Below are positions 22,515-33,905 of a stretch of DNA of 64,000 nt, one piece after another. Position 1 is the first letter of the stretch; each line of letters starts with the position of its first letter. The notes beneath the pieces were generated by a model, which had not been told where the DNA came from, made no database searches, and worked only from the letters and a program-made list of their open reading frames with translations. The position numbers and the translations under genes are program-made. Source of the stretch: Vicugna vicugna (Eukaryota); assembly GCA_013265495.1 (NCBI GenBank), contig MU063897.1:6412489-6476488 (forward strand). Direction: 5' to 3'.

Positions 22515-22543
22515 CTGAAAAAGAAGCAACAACAGACAGACAT
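22486..22543 (-). CDS. SH3PXD2A: Candidate alternative first coding segment (5'-extended exon 6): MSVCCCFFFRDYGSSKRKS
   Basis: ATG at 22543-22541 with A at -3, in frame with exon 6, directly downstream of a CpG island. No transcript evidence available. Confidence 0.45.
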
Positions 22544-22810
22544 GATTAGGGCCTGGCGGGTGCGCGGGGCTGCGGGGCTGCAGGGCTGCGGGGCTGCGGC
22601 AGCGGCGGCGGGGCGCCCACGGGCCGGATGCTCATGTGATTCTCGCGGCCGACAAGCGGCGCGCTCCGCAGCTGCACGCACTGCGCGCCTGCCCGCGGGT
22701 CCCCCGTCAGCCCGGCCTCCGGGCGCGATCCGCCCTCCTCGCCCGCCCCTCCCGCCCCGCCCTGCAGCCCGCTGCCCGCTGCCCGCCGCCGCGAGGGGCT
22801 AGGCGGGCTG
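22530..22810 (-). promoter_or_regulatory. Intragenic CpG island and GC-box cluster, probable internal SH3PXD2A promoter at the end of intron 5
   Basis: Very high GC and CpG density, several CCGCCC/GGGCGG boxes, TCATGTGA E-box at 22632-22639. PX-less Tks5 isoforms initiated in intron 5 are known in mouse and human. Confidence 0.75.
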
Positions 22811-23884
22811 CTGGTGCCCTTTCCCAGGCACCTTCCCTCTTTCTCAGCCGACAGAGGAGGGCGAGGCAGATTCCCATGCACTTTGTAAATAGGGAAACTG
22901 AGGCCTGGGCGGGTGGTCGCTAGGACTCAGGCCTTGCCCCGCGCTGGGAGCCTGTTCCCCATCCCTGAAGCGCTTCCCGTCCCAGTATCTTTGCATTGCC
23001 TGCTCCAGCCCACTAAGCCTTTAAAGTCATGACTGAAATGTCACCTCCTCAACGTGTCTTCCCCAACATCCTCCCCTTCTCCTTGTTGGCCTCTGAGTAA
23101 TTACAGATTTGTGTGACTCTTCGAAGGCTAGACCCAAGACTCCCTGAGGTCACACTGTGGCTCGTGTCTTCCCACTGTATTCCCTGGTCCTGGAATAGGT
23201 GATGATAGATAGGTGCTGTAGGTTGAATGTTGACCAGAAAGGCTCAGGCTGGGAACCTGGGGATTCAGTAGAGGTGAGGCAGAGCATACTGCCAGGAATG
23301 GTTGTTGAACTTCTAAGTGAGCACTAGGTTCAAATCCTGTCACTGATAGTAACTGCTGGGAGACCTCAGGCACTTAGCACTTTTACCTGCCCTGGGCTGC
23401 CCCAGCCTGGAGCCTCCCCTGCCCTCCAGCAAGGAATTAGCCCAGACTCAGCACCACAGTACTTCCCAAGGTCTGCCCCCACTGCCCTCCTGCCCTTGCT
23501 CCTGCCTTTGGCTCCTCCCAGGACCCCTTCATCCACCAACCCCCGAGTGGAGCCTCACATGCCTCTAAGATGCTCACGGTCTGTTAAGTGTTCAGGAGGG
23601 GCTGGTTGGGGTCCTATGTCTAGAAGAAATGCCTTTTGTCACCCTGGGATCAAGGAAAATGCCAATCTCAGGGCTTTGGTCAAAGCAAACTGTCCAGCTA
23701 GGCCTGCTGGCTGGAAAGAGGGGGGTCTCTTGGAGGAAAGGACAGCAGGTTCACAGGAAAAGGAGTCACCCTCATGGACACTCCCTGAGACTCCGATCCT
23801 GACAATCTGAGGGGTGGCCTGAGCTTTGGGGGCATTTGTTAAGCTCCAAGATGATTTGCCTCCACAGCCAAGGATGAGGGATCC

Positions 23885-23990
23885 CCCTCATGTTTCCCAA
23901 AGTTTGGACTCAGAACGCAGTGAGTCAGAATGCTGGGGCTGAGGCCCAGGAATCTGCATTTCTGATATCTTCCCCCTTCTGGCTCTCTTG
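23885..23990. mobile_element. MER5A-like fragment
   Basis: GAGTCAGAATGCTGGGGCTGAGGCCCAGGAATCTGCATTT matches the MER5A core. Confidence 0.55.
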
Positions 23991-26900
23991 TCTGAGAACA
24001 TCCTTGGTATTCCAAGCCTCTTTCAAGCCTCACATCCACACTAAGGAGGTTCTATCATCCCCACTTTACAGATGAAGAAACAGAGGTTCAGCCACTGTCA
24101 CAGGCTAGGGAAGGGCTGTGGTTTATAAGACCACCTGCCCGAATGAGACTGCATTGTGGATGGGGGGAGGGGGTAAAGGGGAACCTGTCATATCTGTTGC
24201 CTCCAAAAGGCAGGTGGAGGAGCTCCCATTTGCTCCCTTCCCTGACCTGGCCATCCAGGAAGGTCTGAGCCAGGGTCACCTCCCTAGGGCAAAAGGGAGA
24301 TCGGGGACAGACTGTGTCCGAAGTGCCTGGCCATGCCCCTTGAAGCTCTGCTGTGGGGAGAATTCCCAGGGAGGAGGAGGAGAGCATTATTATATGGAGG
24401 CTACATCCTGCCCAGCAGACTTGCGTCTCCCAAGGAGAAAATTCGTTTCTCGGGCTTTTTTTTGCAGAACAGGGCCTGGGGAAGGGCAGGGAATGGAGGG
24501 TAAGGAGGAGCTACCCCCTCTGCCCTACTGTTCTCCCGCTGGTCCTGCCAGAGACGCCCTCTGGGCCTGGGACCACAATGGCCCACTGACTATTTCCTGG
24601 CTTCCCAGCAGTGATGGCCACCTTCTCCCCCTCTGTTTGTGCAGCTGCAGCTGCCCAGGATTCTCTTTGAGTTTGTAAACAGCTCCAAAGGGGAGATGAG
24701 CAGGTCATTACCGTGTGACAGGGGAGCCGACTGAGGCCCAGGAGCGCCCTGAGGCCCTGTCAGAGATTCTCAATCTGGTTATTCAACAGGATCATCTGGG
24801 GCCCCACCCTGACCTGACCTAAAGCAGCGTCTGCATCTCCAATGAGCCCCCATGGGGGTTCCGAGGCTGGGCCAGTGTTGGCTGAGAACCTTGGGCCCAG
24901 CACAGTGTCAGCCTCTGTCACTACAATCCTCACAGGTAGGCATGGGTGGTTCCAAGGGCCACTCCAGTCTCTGTACCATAATCTCCATCAGGACCTCAGC
25001 CACCCCTAAGAAACATTAATGCTTAGTAAGAACAATGAGCTTGCGGTGCCAAAGAAGCTTCCAGACAAATCTCCTGGCCGGCCTGTCCTTCAACCAAAGT
25101 ATGAGCCCTTTCTACCAAGGACTTCTGTGGACCCTGTGGTTTTGCAGGTGAGAATGGCAAAGCTTAGAGAAGCTAGACAACTTGTTCAAGGTCACACAGT
25201 GAGTGGGTGAGGCTGGGGCTCAAGACAAATCCCCAAAAGCTGCCAGCAATGGGTGCAGGGGAGGAAGGGCAACACAAGGCCCTGGGGGCCTGAGAAGCAT
25301 GTGGGTTAATGAAATGGAGGCCGAGGCCCTGGCAGTGGGGGTGCCAGGCTGGGACTGGATGGTGGGAATGGCTGGCATAGGAATCCTTCACACAGCATCT
25401 GGCCTCCAGCCAGAGCATGAGTGGCCCTAATAGGAAACCTCTCCAAGGTTTCCGGTTGGGCACCTTGTAGCCAAGCCATTTCATATTTTTAGCAGCTGAA
25501 TATGCTGAGAAGCAGCTTAGGTATCCAGTGGCTGGGACTCCCCCATCCCTCACATACCAGGGCTTAGGGGAGCAGGGGTTGGGGGGCGGTCGGGCTCCTG
25601 GACCTCCAGCTGCCCTGCAATCAGTCCTGGCCTGGGCAGGACAGCAGGCCCTCTGCTGGGGTCCAGTTCCTGAACAACTCAAGATCCCCTTTCCACCTCC
25701 CCTCCTTGCCCCAGTTCTTGCCTTGAGCTGGTGCTGACAGCCCCCACACCGCCGGCGATTCCACTCCCCATAGGTCACAGTCTAGCCTGCTTCCGACTTG
25801 CTGCTGAATCACTATCTTCCAGGGAGTCACAGGAAGGAGAAAGGGAGGGGAGGGAGGGCCAGCGTCTCCCTCCAGTGCTGCCAGAAGCTAATGTAATTGA
25901 AAAAGCCTCCCACAGGCTGTCCTGACGCGGTTCCATCAGGCCACTCAGGCTTCTCTGCAGCTGGTCCAGGGGTGAGAAACACCACAGGTGCAGTGACCAA
26001 CCATCCTAGACAGACTGGGAAGGGGGACTTCCAGGGCTCAAACTGGGAAGGTTGCAGACAAACCAGATAGTTGGTCCCCAGAGGGTCCCCAAGTCAGGCC
26101 TGGCTGGGGGAAAGGGGCAGGGTTCCTGCAACCTAGCAACACACCCCTCCCCCACTTAAACAGGGACTCTTGAGCCCCCCCCACGATATAAACAGTTCAC
26201 CTCAAAACAAAAAAATTTTTCAAAACAATTTTTTAAAAAGAAAAGGTATCAATCAATCAATCAATTGTTCATCTCTTGGTCTTTCCTCTTGGGATGATAA
26301 TGTCTGTGGAGCGAGGGCAGGTGCTAGAAGCAGACAGACCCCAGTTCAGCTCTGTACCCCTGCTAGCTGGGTGGTCATCCTGTGCCCTTCCTTCACATCT
26401 TGAGCCTCTATTTCTCTGTCTATAGAATGAGGATAGTAACTATACCAACCCCTTAGGATCTGGGGAAGATGAACCATACAGTGCTCATAAAGGGGTTCAC
26501 AGAGTGCTCGGCACAGAAAATGCTCTAGAAATTATTACTCTTTCACACCTAGACCTAACCCCATCTCTGTTGCTACCCAAATGGCAAGGGCCTGTTTAAA
26601 CCTAAACCCTGCAGACCCCCCTAAAACCAAAGGCAGCGGCTTCTTCTTAAGGACTCCACCACGATGCTGACGGCACAGTGCCATGCAGGGGTGAGTCCAG
26701 CCCCACATTTAGAGTCCGGGGCTTTCACAGACACCAGCACCAGTGCTGGTCTCTGTCCAGTGCTGTCCACCTGGGAAAAGCCTCTTTGCACACACAATGT
26801 TTGAACAGGACTCGTCTGGAAACAATTATACTTTCACGGTGACACTGACCCACAGGAATTGGCAAGCTCTGGGCTCATTTATTGGGATGCATTTAACCAC

Positions 26901-28029
26901 CAAGGAGCGGCAAACGCTCAGAGCCCCAAAATGAACTGGGAGGTGTGAAGGGCCCTGCATTTCCACAGTAATGGCACCCAGAAGGCTCAGCTTGCTTTTT
27001 TCTTTTTTCTCCCTACTTTCATTTCTCTTGGTGAGTCACGCTGTGCTCCTTCCCCGGACATTCCAGTGAAGGAGCTGGTGTTGGAGACAGAAAAGAGGGA
27101 GAGGCTGGAGGGAGGCGGCGGGAAAGGCATTTAACAGTTCCTGCGTCTGGGCCACCTGTTTTTGCTTCCCCACCCTCCGCCCTTTCTTGAACATTCCTGA
27201 TGCGCATTTGCCCTTCAGTGCTCTGAAGTAGGCAGAGGTGGTGTTAATCCATTTTATGGATGAGGAGGCTGAGGTCTTGAGGGCTTAAGTGGCTTGGCCA
27301 GGCTGGGTGAAGCTCCACTGACATCCTGACCCAGAGGGCTCTCCAGGCAGAGGGCCAGCGGGGAGAGGACACACAGGCAGCAGGAGCAGGCTCCCGCTGG
27401 GGAAGAGAGGCGTCCATCCTGCCAGTGCAGGTCAAGGTTCTCAGAGTGAGAGGCAAAGCCGGGAAGGACCCCTGAGGCAAAGGAGAGACCAGGAAAGGAA
27501 GCCCAGTCTGGCGGGGCTGGCTCTGTGGAAGGATGCAGAGTCCCTGCCAGGTGGAATTCTGAGCGCTACAGGGCCGTGCCCTCGGCTGCCTGCCTTCCCC
27601 TCCTGCAACCTTGCTCCCATCAGTGAGTGCCCTGGCGGAGGAGGACACGCACGCACCGCCAGCCTGATGTTCTCACCCTCCTGTCTGCTGGCTGACATTG
27701 GCTGCTCAGCCCAGGACGCCTGTCTGCAAGGCCTGCGGCTGCTGGGAACTGCTCAAGAAGCCGGCTGGGTTGCCAGATGGCTGTGGGTGACCTTGAGAGC
27801 CAAGTGGTCTTAGGGACATGGGCAGCACCTGGAATATGGGGGCTGGGGGTGGTGGTATGCAGCCTTGGCCAGGGGAGTGATGTGGAGCCCTTGAGGTATG
27901 TAATGATGATTTTGACTGCTGTTATTAACCAATAAGCACTTTTTCAGCTCCTGCTGGAGGCTGCCTCGTAAAGGCCTACGCAGGCAGAGGAGAAATATGT
28001 GACATGCTTCTTGCCTGCAAGTTTGGGGT

Positions 28030-28465
28030 GAAAGTAGGGGAACAAAACTACACAGCATAGTGAGAAAGCTAACATTCTGAGACAATCTATGCCAGGAGTC
28101 ACAGGAGAGGTTATACTCCAGGTGCAGAGAAAAGAGAGATTCCAGGGTTGCAGGACATCCAAGGTGTCTTCCTAGAGGAGGAAGCCTTGAGCTGAGCCTT
28201 GAAGGATCAGAGGAGTTTGGATCCATGGAGAGGGTAAAGAGGGAAAATTCTAGATGCAGGAACACGTGGCTCCAAAGAGGAGGAGCTGAACTGCTTGGGA
28301 GGGCTGGTGAGCTGCGAGATAGGCAGGGAAAGGCCAGGCCGGGGCAGGGGTTGGGGTGCAGGAGTCGGGCTTTGCTGTCCTGCTGTGAGATCTGTTAGGT
28401 TTCAGAATCAGGGAGTGATGGGTCAGAGCAGGACTGGAGAAAGGTTTTTTGTTAAGAGGTGAGGT
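28030..28465. mobile_element. L2 remnant
   Basis: TTGAGCTGAGCCTTGAAGGAT.AGAGGAGTTTGGA and GGTTTCAGAATCAGGGAGTGATGGGTCAGA motifs. Confidence 0.55.
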
Positions 28466-28475
28466 GGAGGGAGTG

Positions 28476-28566
28476 GAGAGGGTATAGATCAGTGGTAGAG
28501 CACATGCTTAGCATGCACAAGGTCCTGGGTTCTGGGATCAACTCCCAGTACCTCCTAAAAAAAAAT
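28476..28566 (+). mobile_element. tRNA-Ala-derived SINE, short-tailed copy with disrupted B box
   Basis: GAGAGGGTATAGATCAGTGGTAGAGCACATGCTTAGCATGCACAAGGTCCTGGGTT(CTGGGA)TCAACTCCCAGTACCTCC plus A-tail; flanked by AGGTGAGGT repeats. Confidence 0.85.
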
Positions 28567-30620
28567 AAGGTGAGGTAGAAAGCTAGTGGGGCAGGGTGGG
28601 AGAGAGGCTATGACAGCTCTGGGATTGAATGTCAGCACAGCCAGGGTCTGGGCCTGGCCCTGTCCTTCAGCAGCTGGGGGACCTGGGCAAGTTACTTCAA
28701 ACTTGTGTTTTTCAAATAAATGCCAGGTTGTGACCCATTAGTGAGTTCTGACATCAGCTTAGTTTAGGTCCCAACAAGCATTTTAAAAAGGTAGAAGAGA
28801 CAAAGTGAATCACCCACAGTTAGATTTAATACTGTTTTGTGAAACTTGGGTTTCAGATGTCTGTCTACTCATCCTCCTTCCTGTCTGTCTGTCAGTATTG
28901 GGGTGTGATGTGAAACTTCTTACTGTGGCACCAAAAGGCTTAGCAAACCAATAAATTCTTGAGACCTCAGTTTCCCCATCCCTAACCTGGGTCCCTCCGA
29001 GTGTCCTCACAGGCTGGTAATTCTCTGTGAAACCAAGACAGTGAGACAGAGCACTTCAGTCTGGAAGTTGAGCCAGGAGACTCCGAGAGAAGGGGCTTCC
29101 AGTCAGCTGAGGGCTGGAGGGTGTTGGGGCAGTTCCACCCCATTTAGCCCCTTGCTGGCTTTTTGTTCTGGCTTTTGCGAGCCTCTGCGTGGAATGGTTT
29201 CGAGGGGCAGCAACCTCTAGGGAAGACAGACGGAGGGGGTATGAATCTGTTCTTTGCCCCCATTTGTGCCCTGATCTAAATTGTGGCACTGAGGGCCCTT
29301 GTGTCCAACAAGAATCCGTCCTTTCTCCGCAGGGGCTGTGTTTTCCAGGGTTCTCAGAATGGGTCCCATTGTGACCATGTGGACAGTCCAGAGAGGCCGG
29401 AATTCCTGCCCCGGGCGAAAAAGCTGAATTCCTGGGGAGGGAAGAGGTCCTGGGCCCCCCCAAGGCTGCGTCCCAGAGAGGCCCACGCCAGGGCCAGAAA
29501 TCTCCCAGGACTCACAATTGTCTCCTGAACATCCCAGAGGGTCTCTGCTGTTGCTCTGTCCACAGCAAGAGGACAGACAGAGCACTGTCTGTCTGTCTGT
29601 CTCCTCACCATGACTAGACTGGCCAGTCTAAGCAAAGGCTCTGAGCGTGTCTCCAGCCCAGGGATGGCTTCACTGTGGTCTTGGCCTCCAGCCGTGGGTT
29701 AAGAGTGTGAGTGGGGTTAAGCGTGGTTCAGACACCTACCACTCTGTGACAGAGGCAAGTTCCTTAACCTCTCAGTACCTTCATTTGTCAAAGAGATAAG
29801 ATTAGTTCCTGCTTTTGCTATTGTGGGGATTACCTGGGATAACGTGCAAAGCTCTTAAAACAGCGTCTGGCACGTGGGAAGGACCCCTGGCCAACAGCCT
29901 GGGTTCGGGAGAGGGGCTAGATGTGGAGCATGGACCGTGGCCAGAGCACAGGAAGGGCTGACTGGCCCATCCTCACCAGTGTGGGCTTCGCAAAAGCCTG
30001 GCCCTGTCGCCCAGGGCACCAGCTCAGGACCGGGAAAGCGAACAGGCCTGGGCTCCCACCTGCGTGCACTCCAAGGCATCCCACCCTGATGTGACCAACG
30101 AACCGTCTGTGGAGGAGCGAGGGGATGGAGTTAGGGACACAAAACTGGTTTCCGAGAGGGGACGTGAGGCTGCTCAGCCCTTTGCTGTGGGCTCCCCACT
30201 GGCTCCCTGAGCCCCTGCTCTCTGCTCTGCCCACTACTCCTGGTTCCGAGCCTCCCTGAACTTCTGGGGCCTGCAGGCCAGACCCAGGGAGCTGTGGGAG
30301 GGGCAGTGACAAACCGCTGCGATGGGCGTTGACTACAAAGTTCCCAGAGAGAAGGGCAAGGAAGGTCTTCCTTATTTGGAGGCCTTCCCGTCTTTATCCA
30401 AGTGCATTTGTCCATGTGTCTGTCCATCCATCCACCCATCCATGTCTTAACTGAGGGGTTGCCGGAGACCCAGCCTTGTGTCTGAGCAGAAGGGTAGGAA
30501 ACACAGTTCTGCCCTGACAGGGCACACTATTTAGGTGGAAACACAAGACAGACACCCAGGAAAAGAAAACATATCACTTTGTGATTAAGTGTCCCAAAGC
30601 CTGATTAAAAGGATATGTGG

Positions 30621-30779
30621 AGGGAGGGTATGGCTCAGTGGTAGACCGCATGCTTAGCATGCACGAGGTCCTGGGTTCAATCCCCAGTGCCTCCATTAAA
30701 TAAATAAATAAACCTAATTATCCCCCCACCCCCCCCAAAAAGAATTTAGAAAAAAGCAGATTGCCTTAAACAAAAAAAA
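30621..30779 (+). mobile_element. tRNA-Ala(AGC)-derived SINE (camelid Vic-1-like), full length
   Basis: A box 30631-30641, anticodon arm GCATGC-TTAGCAT-GCAC, B box 30674-30683, (TAAA)n/C-rich/A tail. 14-bp TSD AAAAGGATATGTGG at 30607-30620 and 30780-30793. Confidence 0.9.
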
Positions 30780-30975
30780 AAAAGGATATGTGGTAGAGGC
30801 ATTTCCTGGAAGGGGAGGACAGTGGACTGGGGTGGTTGTGGAGGGCTGCCTGGAAGAGGGGGGGAGTAGAGCTATCTTTGAAAGATGAGTATTTAGAAAG
30901 AGCAGAGGCAGGAAGCAGAGTTGGGGTGGAAGGGATGATGTGAGCTAAGGGGCAGAGGCAGGAACAGGTGTGGGA

Positions 30976-31025
30976 TTGTGTGTGTGTGTGAGTGTGTGTG
31001 TGTGAAAGAGAGAGAGAGAGTGAGA
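30976..31025. repeat. (GT)n(GA)n compound microsatellite
   Basis: Read directly. Confidence 0.9.
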
Positions 31026-31721
31026 GATGGAGCGGAGGAAGAGGCTGCTTCTGGGAGGCTGTATGCCTAGGGGGACAGACAGACACCAGGGCTGGGGAGA
31101 CCTCCGGGTTGCTCCTTGGCTGTGGGCCTCTCACTCCCCAGCCCTGCCCTAATTTTGAGCTGGGGCTGGAAAACTGGGAGCTTGGACCAGTGGCTTCCTG
31201 CTCCCCACCGAGGTCCTGATCCCGCCCAAGACCCAGCTGTGCTCGTTCCCTACTGCAGCCTCTTTGGGAGAGAGTGCTCGGGGCAGGGCCCAGGCCTCCC
31301 CCAGGCCCTGAGCCCCACTGCACTGCCTGGGGGGCCTGCGCTCTTGGAGCTTGTGTGGTCACCACTGACAGAGATTTCCCCAAACTCCTCGTCCCAAATG
31401 CAGAAGCATTGAGCACCCAGAGGTGCCGGGCCCCTTGTCACCTGCTTTACCTTGTCTCTGAGCAGGTCCTTTAGGCCCATTTTACAGACGAGGCTCAGAC
31501 AGGTTAAGTAACTTGCCTGGTGCCACACAGCCAGCAATGAGGAAGCAGGCGCAACCTCAGGGTCATCTGTGCTTACAGCCACTACACGCATCCTCTCTAG
31601 TATCTCGCAACCTTCTGAGGCCCGAGGAGGGGTACCTTCTCCAGAGAGCCCCCTCTGATTTTGACCCCCGACAGCTCTGAGTGTCCCAGTCCTGCTCCTA
31701 ACACCTAGCAGTGTCCTACCT

Positions 31722-31900
31722 GGAGCTGCCCAATAGAACTCTGTGATCATCAAGGCCCCTACCTGTGCTGTCCAGCATGGTGGCCCCTAGCCACTGTGGC
31801 TGTCGAGCACTTAAGAGGTGGCTAATGTGAGCCAAGAACTGAATTTTTAATCTTCATTAAAATTGTGACGTAAATCGCCACAGTGGACTGGACAGCATGG
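31722..31900 (+). mobile_element. MER3-like hAT-Charlie element
   Basis: GCTGCCCAATAGAACT ... TGTGCTGTCCAGCATGGTGGCCCCTAGCCAC.GTGGCTGTCGAGCACTTAA ... GAACTGAATTTTTAAT ... TGGACAGCA. Confidence 0.75.
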
Positions 31901-33349
31901 CCTAGACCAGTGGCCTGAATCAGGCACTGGCAGGAAGGCAGGTCTATCTGGCTCACACAGGGAGGTGTGTGTGTAGCTGGCTGGGTTCAAATCCCAGCTC
32001 TGCCAGACAGATTTAGGGTCTGTCTTAATTTCTACTCTATAAAATGAAGAGACTGACAGGCCCCATCTAACTGGATTGCTGGAGGGCAAAACAAGCTAAC
32101 ATACAGCAGGTACCTGGTGCACAGTGCGGCTCACGCCTCCAGCCCCCACTGCAGTCACAGAGCTCTGCGCAGGCCCAGTAGTTAACCTTGGGAAGGCAGG
32201 GGAGGGAAGAAGGGGGAGGGGAGAGGCTGCTGGAGGAGGAGCTTGGGAAGGACGTGGGGAGGCTGACCTTGCTGGCCCCAGTGGGGTGGGCCAAGGCATG
32301 GAGTGTCTGTTTAGAGATGAAGAAACCCAGGGTCAAGGGTAAAGCCACTTCGCCAACAACTTGTAGGGGTGGCAGAGCTGGGCAGTTCGAGCCCCATCCA
32401 GATGACTGTATTCCTTGCATGTTCCCCAGGAATCCCCATAGCTGCCAGGCTGCCGGGCTGCCCAGGGGCCTTGGCCCTTGATCCCACAGGCCAGAGGGAC
32501 AGCCAAGTCTGGATCCCCCTCACTGCTGGACCATGTGGCCAACATAGTGAAGTTGCTTCATGAAGTGGCAGGTGATGGCCACACGGTGAGCTGCGGGCAC
32601 TAGGAATGCAGGATAGAGGGGCTCTCTGCCCAGGCCAGTGTGTCCAGGGAACTTGGGGTGCTCCCAAGCCTGCCTGGGACCAGGGCAACTGGGGATTCTG
32701 GAGGGTCTGCCCACCAGCTCCCTGAGCAGCACAGGAGAGGGTCTAATGAGGTGTCCCCAAAGACACCAAACTGGGCCACCCAGTGTGGGGTTCAAAAGAC
32801 CTGAGGAATGGTAGTCCTTTGTGTGCCTCAGTTTCTTTGACGGAAAAAAATGAGAGTGTTGCTCTGAGCCCCACTTGACCTCTGCAAAGAGGCCTCCAGC
32901 TCCAGGTCTGCATCCTCCTTCTTGTAAGAGGGACAATCTGGAAGCCCTGGAGAATGACTTCCTGCCCCAGCCCTCCAGCTAGCCTTCCTGTCAGCACTGG
33001 ACCTGTTCTCCCTCCTCTGGATCAGCCTGGCTCCAACTACAAAGTCACTGCTCACCAGGGCACCCATTCCAGGTCCCAGCGGGCCAGTCCTGGACCACTA
33101 CCTCCACTTTCCATCACGTAATGATGAATGATGTCCAAGCCCCTGCAGTCAAAAAGGCCCTGGAGCCCTGGGGCAGGCATGAGCCCTTGAACCCCAGAGC
33201 ACGGTGGGAAACGGGGAGGGGGATGGAGGGAGTGGATTAGGCTGCCCCACCCTGAGTGAACCCTTCTTCCTCAAAGGTGCGGGTGTGGGCGAGGAATACA
33301 ATTACTGATTATTGTTCTTATCATTATTATAATCACTAACACCATAACT

Positions 33350-33905
33350 GACAGGTATGACTTATTTTTTTCAAGCATTTACATTATACCAGGTACCAAA
33401 CTAAGCCCTTGACACATATCAGCTCATTTTATCCTCACAACACTCCTATGTGGTAGGCTTGTTATTTCCCTCATTTTACAGGAGAGACATGGAGAATCAG
33501 AGAGGTCATGTCACTGCCCAAAGCAACACAGCGTGTGAGCCCAAGCTGCCTTAGTCTAGCGCTCAAATTATTTACCACCTTGTGGTTCATAAGGACATCT
33601 GTAAAATTCAGACAGCTAAGCTAAATTAAGAGAAGCCGGGGAAGAGGAAGGGAAGTAAAATAAAGGCAAAGGCTCAGCCAGAAATACCAAAATGACCCCA
33701 AATTCTAAACACTCCTCACTGCTTCAGCTCTGGTGTGAGCTTCATATACATTATCTCAATTCTCTTGACCTCCCCAAGAAGACACTATCATTACCCCCAT
33801 TTTCTAGATGAGGAAACAGAGGCACAAAGAGCTTAAGTTGCTAGCCCAGTGGCAGAGCTCACATTTGAACTGGGTGCTGGTTGACTTCTAGGCCTGTGCT
33901 TAGAA
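33350..33905. mobile_element. Two adjacent MIR copies (about 33350-33555 and 33740-33905)
   Basis: Each has the CATTTT.CAG/TAGATGAG.AAAC..AG.C.CA.AGAG core. Confidence 0.65.

Noticed and set aside
26160-26265. C-run plus A/T tracts resembling a SINE tail, followed by (ATCA)n
   Set aside because: No tRNA-like head and no TSD found; treated as low complexity.
29572-29593. 9-bp hairpin GACAGACAG-AGCA-CTGTCTGTC
   Set aside because: Arms are (GACA)n/(TGTC)n simple repeats, so the match is not statistically unusual.
30621-30700. Apparent tRNA-Ala(AGC) gene
   Set aside because: It has a 14-bp TSD, an extended 5' end and a (TAAA)n/A tail, and three diverged sister copies occur in the window, so it is a SINE.
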